From a virus (lineage: Duplodnaviria > Caudoviricetes): a stretch of DNA of 39,717 nt. The notes beneath the pieces were generated by a model that saw only the letters and a list, made by a program, of their open reading frames with translations, was not told where the DNA came from and did no database searches. Each line of letters starts with the position of its first letter. Position 1 is the first letter of the stretch. This document shows positions 33,258-39,717 of this stretch, one piece after another. The stretch is taken from positions 1 to 39,717 of IMG/VR virus record IMGVR_UViG_3300032334_000676, one strand, 5' to 3'. Made by a program: the position numbers and the translations under genes.

Positions 33258-36200
33258 GTGGGCATTTTTGACGATATATTAGAAGAGCAGAAAAGGCCGG
33301 AGGAAGCTCCGAGGCCTCAGGGTTTATTTGACGATATAGTAGGGGCTGAAGAGAAGCCTCAAGCTGAAGCTCCGCAGGTAGAGTCTCCTATCGCCTCGCA
33401 AAAATCAGTAGGGCTATTTGACGATATTGTAGGCTCGAATGAGGTTGTTGGTCGCGGAGTGCTACTTCCTATGGACGAAGCGCAAACTCCTCCATCTGAC
33501 GATTCTTCTTTTGTTGGAGCCCTAGGGCGAGGAGCGGCACGTTCCGCTATTCCTACGGGTGCTGGTATTGTTGGTGGAGCCCTAACCGGAGCCGCAGTTG
33601 GAGCCGCAATGACTGGTCCAGCCGCTCCTGTCGGTGCGGCAATCGGAGGCCTTGCGGGTGGTGTTCTCGCTTCGATGGGTGCGGAGGCATTGCAGGAATA
33701 TGGCATGGACAAGATGCTTTCTCCTGAAACAAAGAAGGCGATTGACGATCAATTCAAGAAGGATGCAGAACAACAACCCGTAGCCTCTTTCGTTGGTCAA
33801 GTAGCTCCTTCGGTGGCTTTCTTTAGGCCTAGCCCTAGCAACCTTGCAAAAGCCGGAACTTTCGCAAAGCAAATTATCGCCGGAGAGATTACTAAAGACG
33901 CGATGGAGAATCCTGCCGTTAGGGAGCAGGCCTCAAACCTTCTCAATGTCGCATTCAATACCGGAACTCAGGGGGGCATGGAGGCCTTCAATCAATTTCA
34001 GCAGGGAGACTTTAACCCTCTAAGATTAGGAGCGAGCCTAGTTGTAGGCGCACTCAATACTGAGCCGACAAGACTAGGCAAAATGGCAACCGCTCCTTCG
34101 GAAAGAGTGGCGGAGGCTATTCGGGCTAGAAAGAATGTTGGCGCAGAGGCTTCTCAGGCAGAAGGCATCCAGCCGGAGGTTCAACAGGAGGCTCAACCGG
34201 AACCTCAGACTCCTCAAGTAGATGTTCCGCAGGATCAGACTCAACCGATTGATAGATCCGAGCTAGTTATATCTCCGTTCAAGAAGGGCAGACTTACTCG
34301 CCTAGATCAATCTGAGATGGAGTTACAGATGCGTTTGGATGAGGAGACTCGAAAGTTCGATCAGGACGAGCCAAGTAATCCATCCTACTATAAGGAAAGG
34401 TTGGATGAAGTTAGGGCATTGAAAGAGAGATTGCTGAGAGAAGAACAAAGGCCTTCCAAGTCTTTTAGCGAGCAAATGATCCAGCCTAGCGAGAATGGTT
34501 ACGACATTATTGATTTTATCGAGGAGCAGGGCGGGATGCTTTCCAAGGGCAAGGCAATCCGCGACAAGAACATTGCATTGTACGGAAAGAAAAGCGGTTC
34601 ATCCATCAGGAGACTAGAGGAAACGAAGGCTCCCGCAGAGTACGATGGTATGCCGGATTTCAAGGGGCCATATAAGAAGCTACTTAGCGGAACAACTCCG
34701 GTGGATGAAATCGCTCAATCTGCTTATGAGCAGTTGGGGATAGGGGACGGGACGAGCGGCTCATTGTGGGGCGCGATTGATAAGGCGATTACATCCCGCA
34801 AGAAGGCATCGGATATAAACAATAAAATCAATTTCAATGACAAGCAGAGGCAGGCCTTTAGCTCTGCAATCCTCAAGCCAAAAGAGGGGCAGACATCATA
34901 TAAGACTTCTGATTTGCAGATCGGAGATAATATATACAGCGGTAAGAACGTGTTTGAAGTAACCGGAATCGACGAGGATAATTTCTCGAGGACAATCACG
35001 GGTCCGGATGAGTTTGGGACTAGGACAATTAAGGCCGATTCAATCATATTTGCCGATAGTGCAGTGAATCAGGAGGGTAACTATTTGCGGGGCGTGAAGG
35101 TTAGGAACGCGAAGCTATCCGAAACAAAGCCCCAGATGACGCTCGATCAGAAGATTGCCCTATATAGGCAGGAAGGAACTGCAAAGACGGATGCTCGCCC
35201 ATCCCTAGAGGAAAGAGTGCAGGGGGTTAAGGATTCTTTATCCCAAAGACTGACTGATTTTCGCAGGTTTTTCCAAGACAAGTTTGTGGATATTGAGAAT
35301 CTTCAAAAGAAGGTAAGCGGAAAAATTGGCAGACAGATTGAGGAGAACGCAGACATTAAGCAACGGGAGGAACTCTATCACGGGAGAGTCGGGGAGAGGA
35401 TTAGTGATTTCGAGGATACAAAGGTTACTCCATTATTGGATGAACTGCGTAAAAGTGGAGTAGATCGCAAGGATTTCGAGCTATATGCCCAAGCCAAACA
35501 CGGCAGGGAGAGGAATACGGTTATCGCACAGCGGGACATCAACAAGCCGGACGGTGGCAGTGGTTTAACGGATGCAGATATATCAACTCTGATTGAAGGG
35601 AATAACCCTAGAATCTCAAGGGAGGCTCAGAGGAAGATGGAGCCTATCCGTCAAAAGCTAGTTTCTCTTAACAAGGACACGCTTCGCAATCTTTGGGAAG
35701 GTGGTCTGATCTCCGGCGATACTTACGATCTTCTGTCAAACAGGTTCACCGATTATGTCCCCTTGGCTGGGAAGGCTGGCGGTACGGATGTTGAAGTTGA
35801 GGGATCTCTTGGTACTGGTGCTGGTTATGATGTGAGGGGTAGCGATATTAAGATAGCTGAAGGAAGGGGTACGATAGCCCCTGATCCATTGGCTTATTCT
35901 CTTCAGCTTCACAGGGATTCAATCATAAGGTCAGAAAAGAATAGGGTCATGCAAACCGTTGCTCAATTTGCAACCAAGTATAAGGACAACGGGATTATAC
36001 AAGTTCTTGAAAAGGGTGAGATTGGGAATGCGAACGATAAGGACATCATAGCCTACAAGGAAAATGGAGAAACAAAGTACCTGAGAATCAACGATCCAAA
36101 ACTTGCTGATGTGATGAAGAACAGGGCAAGCGTTACAACTGGTAAGATTATCCAATACTTATCAAATATGAATAGGTGGCTTGCGTATGTTAATACTCAA

Positions 36201-37832
36201 GCCTCTCCGGAGTTTGTCGTAGCCAACTTTGCTCGAGATTTGCAAACTGCCTTAGTCAATATCAGCGGAGAGAATGCAAAGGGATTGGCCTCAGGCTTAA
36301 TCAAAAGTGTTCCGGATGCAATGAGGGCAACCTATCGCGCTGAAATGGGCAAGCCCGATATGAACGGCAAGATGGATGTCTATTACAGAGAGTTCAAGGA
36401 GGCCGGAGGCCGGATGACTTTCTTCGGACTCAAGGACATTGCCGCAACCCAGAAGGATATTCAGAGTGCTTTGGGTGATGGTGGATACAGAAACGCAACA
36501 AAGGTGTTCAAGGTTGCTCTCGATAAGTTGGCTAGGTTGAACTCAGCCGTTGAGAATGCGACAAGGCTTGCAACGTACTCCACGCTCAGAGAGAACGGGT
36601 ACTCAGTCCAGAAAGCCGCTTATGTCTCTAGGAATATCACTGTCAATTTCACTAGGAAGGGTACTGCCGGACCTCTGCTCAACTCAATTTACCTATTTGC
36701 AAATGCGAACATCCAAGGAACCGCTCGAATCTTTCAGGCAGTAGCAACGAGTCCGAAAGTAAGGAAGATCCTTACGGGGGTTATGGTTGCAGGATACTTC
36801 AGGTCAATGGTGAACCGGATTGTTGGTGGTCAGGACGAGACGGGAGAATCTTATTACGACAAGATCCCGCAGTATATTAAGGAAACAAACTTTATCATTA
36901 TGAAGCCCGACTCAGGGGGTCAGTATTTCAAGATCCCTATGCCATACGGGTATTCCGTTGCGGATTATACGGGTCAGCTATTGAGTGAGGTTAGTCCTAA
37001 GGAGGCATTTGGCGGAGGAGCCTCGAAGTCGCAGGCTTTGGCAAAGCTAGCCGGAGCTATGCTAGATAACTTTAACCCATTAGGAGCATCCAAGTCCTTG
37101 CTTCAAACAATTTCCCCCACGCTCCTAAGTCCAGTTACAGACTACGCATTGAACATGGATTATTCCGGCAGGCCTATCATGCCAACCCCGAGCCCATTTG
37201 ACGCAACTCCGCCTCCAAAATCACAGAGGTATTGGAGTAATGTTGGACCTATTCCAAAAGCTATCGCGCAGAAGATCAATGAGCTAACGGGAGGGAATGA
37301 GGTGAGGGCGGGTAAGCTCGATGTCAGTCCTGAAACTATTGGGCAGGTTTTTGACTTCTTTACCGGATCGGCTGGAAAGTTTGCGGAGAGGCTTGCCAAT
37401 CTTCCTAGGGGGGCACTCAAAGCAAGTCAGGGGGAGATGGAGTGGGCTGATGTTGTTGGGGACATCCCTATGACTCGGAAGGTTTATGGGGCAGTACCTT
37501 CCTATGTGGACACAGTTCGCTATCAGGATTTGCGGAAAGAGATTCTTACGGTTGCAGATGAGGTTAAGTTGGCTCAGACAACGAGAGACACGAAGAGACT
37601 TTCCGAGATTCGTTCCTCCGCTTCAGCTGAATTGAAGATGGTTGAGATGATTAAACACACAGAGCAATCCCTCAAAGAACTACGGACGGAAAAGACTCGC
37701 CTAAAAGCGGTTCTCGAAAAGAACGATAATCCGGCAATCCAAAAGAGGATCGACAAGAACAACGAAACGCAGAAAGCCATGATGATGAAGGTGTTGAAAA
37801 GGTATAATACTCTTATTGACGAGAAAGTGTAA
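33258..37832 (+). CDS. Large internal virion/ejection protein with LPD38-like C-terminus
   Basis: Three G(I/L)FDDI repeats, a Gly-zipper hydrophobic region, and NFARD, ENATR, TVNFTRKG, LFANANIQG, KIPMPYG motifs. Confidence 0.8.
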   Translation: MGIFDDILEEQKRPEEAPRPQGLFDDIVGAEEKPQAEAPQVESPIASQKSVGLFDDIVGSNEVVGRGVLLPMDEAQTPPSDDSSFVGALGRGAARSAIPTGAGIVGGALTGAAVGAAMTGPAAPVGAAIGGLAGGVLASMGAEALQEYGMDKMLSPETKKAIDDQFKKDAEQQPVASFVGQVAPSVAFFRPSPSNLAKAGTFAKQIIAGEITKDAMENPAVREQASNLLNVAFNTGTQGGMEAFNQFQQGDFNPLRLGASLVVGALNTEPTRLGKMATAPSERVAEAIRARKNVGAEASQAEGIQPEVQQEAQPEPQTPQVDVPQDQTQPIDRSELVISPFKKGRLTRLDQSEMELQMRLDEETRKFDQDEPSNPSYYKERLDEVRALKERLLREEQRPSKSFSEQMIQPSENGYDIIDFIEEQGGMLSKGKAIRDKNIALYGKKSGSSIRRLEETKAPAEYDGMPDFKGPYKKLLSGTTPVDEIAQSAYEQLGIGDGTSGSLWGAIDKAITSRKKASDINNKINFNDKQRQAFSSAILKPKEGQTSYKTSDLQIGDNIYSGKNVFEVTGIDEDNFSRTITGPDEFGTRTIKADSIIFADSAVNQEGNYLRGVKVRNAKLSETKPQMTLDQKIALYRQEGTAKTDARPSLEERVQGVKDSLSQRLTDFRRFFQDKFVDIENLQKKVSGKIGRQIEENADIKQREELYHGRVGERISDFEDTKVTPLLDELRKSGVDRKDFELYAQAKHGRERNTVIAQRDINKPDGGSGLTDADISTLIEGNNPRISREAQRKMEPIRQKLVSLNKDTLRNLWEGGLISGDTYDLLSNRFTDYVPLAGKAGGTDVEVEGSLGTGAGYDVRGSDIKIAEGRGTIAPDPLAYSLQLHRDSIIRSEKNRVMQTVAQFATKYKDNGIIQVLEKGEIGNANDKDIIAYKENGETKYLRINDPKLADVMKNRASVTTGKIIQYLSNMNRWLAYVNTQASPEFVVANFARDLQTALVNISGENAKGLASGLIKSVPDAMRATYRAEMGKPDMNGKMDVYYREFKEAGGRMTFFGLKDIAATQKDIQSALGDGGYRNATKVFKVALDKLARLNSAVENATRLATYSTLRENGYSVQKAAYVSRNITVNFTRKGTAGPLLNSIYLFANANIQGTARIFQAVATSPKVRKILTGVMVAGYFRSMVNRIVGGQDETGESYYDKIPQYIKETNFIIMKPDSGGQYFKIPMPYGYSVADYTGQLLSEVSPKEAFGGGASKSQALAKLAGAMLDNFNPLGASKSLLQTISPTLLSPVTDYALNMDYSGRPIMPTPSPFDATPPPKSQRYWSNVGPIPKAIAQKINELTGGNEVRAGKLDVSPETIGQVFDFFTGSAGKFAERLANLPRGALKASQGEMEWADVVGDIPMTRKVYGAVPSYVDTVRYQDLRKEILTVADEVKLAQTTRDTKRLSEIRSSASAELKMVEMIKHTEQSLKELRTEKTRLKAVLEKNDNPAIQKRIDKNNETQKAMMMKVLKRYNTLIDEKV

Positions 37833-37854
37833 CTAGCCTACATAAAGCTAGTGC
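37816..37854 (+). promoter_or_regulatory. Putative promoter/operator upstream of nuclease-2OG-endolysin genes
   Basis: TTGACG-N17-TACATA overlaps TGTAA-CTAGC-CTACA (37828-37842); ACTAGC...GCTAGT inverted repeat. Confidence 0.45.
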
Positions 37855-37866
37855 AAGAACCCACAC

Positions 37867-38247
37867 TTGAAACTTTCAACCCGTCAAATTGGATCAGTTG
37901 GAGTATCCAAAGTTACAACTGCACTTCTTCGGTGCGGATATTCCGTTCTTACGCCATCCGAGGATTGTAGTGGCTATGATCTTGTTTGCGAAAAAAACGG
38001 AAAGTTCAAAAGGATTCAGGTTAAATGCTCAAGCCGAAAAGATCCTAAAAGGTTTCGTTACGAATTTGCTACAAGCATGGGGAGATTTACCAAGCAGAAG
38101 TACACGACTTTTTTCTGTGATTACATCGTTTGTGTCGGGCTTGCAGACGATCTCTATTGGGTTTTTCGTCCCGATCAATGCCCCTCCAAGAACAAGAAGT
38201 GTCATCTCAGAGATGCTTCCGATTGGACTGCCCTTGCAAAGATATGA
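37867..38247 (+). CDS. PD-(D/E)xK endonuclease (PDDEXK_5 / homing-endonuclease-like)
   Basis: GYSVLTP..D...YDLV.EKNGKFKRIQVK...CDYIV. Confidence 0.8.
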   Translation: MKLSTRQIGSVGVSKVTTALLRCGYSVLTPSEDCSGYDLVCEKNGKFKRIQVKCSSRKDPKRFRYEFATSMGRFTKQKYTTFFCDYIVCVGLADDLYWVFRPDQCPSKNKKCHLRDASDWTALAKI

Positions 38248-38879
38248 CTAAAACAACTTCCGGCGGGACAATCGTTACGAATTTCGAGTTTCCTCAGGAA
38301 GTAGTGCAGAAGCCCAATACAACTGTGTGTGATGCTTTTACCATTCCAGAGGTTTTTAGTCCGGTTGAATGCTCTGAAATCATAGATCATGGGCTTGCGG
38401 GTGTTGTGACGAAGGGCCTTGGTACAAAGGGAGGGAAAGATAAGAGAGTATGGAGCAGGAATTGTGGAATTTCGTGGGTTAGTCGGGCGGGTTCTACCGA
38501 GTGGGTCTTTGACCGCTTGGATAAAGTCCTGACTGTAATTGGATCGAGGGTCTATGGGTTCTCCCTCGCTCCTTCCCACACATTTCAGTTCACTATCTAT
38601 AAGAAGTTCCAGTTCTATAATTGGCACTTTGACAACGGAGCCGCCGGAGATGTCCGGAAGGTTGCGATTGTTATCAATTTATGTAAGCCGGATTCCTACC
38701 TAGGCGGATCGCTCAAGATCAAAGCCCATAAATGGCACGATAAGAGCAGGGCTAGAGAGCAGGGATCGGCCACGTTGTTCCCTTGCTACCTTCTTCATAA
38801 AGCCTGCCCCGTGTGGTGGGGGACTCGATATTCATTGGTGGTGTGGGCAACAGGACCAAACAACGGAGGACTCAAATGA
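38244..38879 (+). CDS. 2OG-Fe(II) oxygenase (PKHD/prolyl-hydroxylase-like)
   Basis: FSPVEC, QFTIY, WHFD (HxD), YLGGSL, FP...LH...PV..GTRYSLVVW. Confidence 0.88.
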   Translation: MTKTTSGGTIVTNFEFPQEVVQKPNTTVCDAFTIPEVFSPVECSEIIDHGLAGVVTKGLGTKGGKDKRVWSRNCGISWVSRAGSTEWVFDRLDKVLTVIGSRVYGFSLAPSHTFQFTIYKKFQFYNWHFDNGAAGDVRKVAIVINLCKPDSYLGGSLKIKAHKWHDKSRAREQGSATLFPCYLLHKACPVWWGTRYSLVVWATGPNNGGLK

Positions 38880-39610
38880 GATCAGTAACTGACGGATTGG
38901 CCAAGGGCATGAGTTGGTTTAAGCAGATCGTTGAACAGAAGAGGGCAGAGGAAGAGGCGAAGCCGAAGGAGACTCCAAAGCCTGAGGCAGTTCGCGCTAC
39001 GACTACAACCTACCGAGGATGGTTGCCTCCCCGTGATCTCATCCAGAAGATCGTTGAATGGGAAACTGGTGGGCCTAGGTACTATAACCGATATTTGACT
39101 ACCCCCCTAAACCCCGTGAATGACGCTTCCGGCCTAACCGTTGGAGTTGGCTACGACCTAGGCTACTACACTCCGGATCAGATTCGTGCGGATTGGAAGG
39201 GCTACATCCCTGAGGATGATATTGAGAAGCTAGCCTCAGTATCCGGACTGAAGGGCAGGGAAGCGGCTGGGAAGCATCGTGACGTTGTAGGCGTGACGAT
39301 CTCTTATGAGGTTGCCCTAGCTCAATTCACCAAAGTCACCCTACCTACTTGGCTGATGAGGGCCTATAAACTATGGCCCAACTTCGATTCGCTAAATGAT
39401 CGTCAAAAGACAGCACTTGTCAGCCTAACCTTCAACCGAGGAACATCCCTGATCGGATCAACTCGATCTGAAATGAAGGAGGTTTATGATAATCTTGAGC
39501 GTGGCAACACTCGTCCGATTGCAGGCCTTATTAAACAGATGGCACTTCGTTCCCCACTCAAAGGAGTTCAACTTCGACGCAAGCAAGAGGGTGAATTGTT
39601 TGCTAGCTAA
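38876..39610 (+). CDS. Endolysin, pesticin/T4-lysozyme-like muramidase
   Basis: WE...SGLTVGVGYDLG, ALVSLTFNRG and G...RRKQE.ELF; SD GGAGG. Confidence 0.8.
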   Translation: MRSVTDGLAKGMSWFKQIVEQKRAEEEAKPKETPKPEAVRATTTTYRGWLPPRDLIQKIVEWETGGPRYYNRYLTTPLNPVNDASGLTVGVGYDLGYYTPDQIRADWKGYIPEDDIEKLASVSGLKGREAAGKHRDVVGVTISYEVALAQFTKVTLPTWLMRAYKLWPNFDSLNDRQKTALVSLTFNRGTSLIGSTRSEMKEVYDNLERGNTRPIAGLIKQMALRSPLKGVQLRRKQEGELFAS

Positions 39611-39717
39611 CCCGACAAAAACCCGACAACTTTGACGCAAGTAGTTGATAAATAAGTAGTTTCAAACATTGAGCCTAATTGAGCGTAAGGATGATGATGT
39701 CACTGTTACACACTTGG
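39595..39717. repeat. Terminal direct repeat / circular overlap, right copy
   Basis: Identical to 1-123. Confidence 0.95.

Larger units (their letters stand above)
1..39594. mobile_element. Complete temperate tailed bacteriophage genome (podovirus-like)
   Basis: Integrase, repressor, helicase, terminase, portal, capsid, tail, ejection and lysis genes are present, with a terminal overlap and no host housekeeping genes. Confidence 0.93.

Noticed and set aside
1-39717. tRNA genes or stop-codon recoding
   Set aside because: No cloverleaf or T-loop signature was seen, and long genes read uninterrupted in the standard code with all three stops used.

Overview
The window is an apparently complete temperate tailed-phage genome of about 39.6 kb. 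Bases 1-123 are repeated exactly at 39595-39717, so it is circular or terminally redundant, with a unit length of 39,594 bp. A podovirus-like morphology is inferred because there is no tape-measure or tail-tube gene but there are P22/T7-like tail-hub and ejection proteins. A Gram-negative host is inferred from the spanin pair and a GT9 heptosyltransferase-like gene. Layout: (1) attP, tyrosine integrase and ribbon-helix-helix repressor, leftward (17-1474); (2) rightward recombination/replication operon with an HTH/Xis-like gene, SSAP, exonuclease, DUF5664, GT9 and DnaB helicase (1625-8786); (3) leftward array of about 24 small early genes, including an ArdC-like gene and several unannotated membrane micro-peptides, joined by a repeated A/C-rich junction motif (8783-15215); (4) a 670-bp non-coding region; (5) packaging, lysis and morphogenesis genes (15887-37832); (6) a PD-(D/E)xK nuclease, a 2OG-Fe(II) oxygenase and a pesticin-type muramidase. 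The most notable signals are the cassette-like early array with shared junction microhomologies, an RHH-based switch with leaderless promoters and a dispersed TGTAA-N5-YTACA operator-like motif, GT9 in the position normally held by a replication initiator, apparent genome-wide avoidance of CCNGG, and mirror-image G-run tracts flanking terS. All protein assignments come from recognising motifs by eye; no searches were run.
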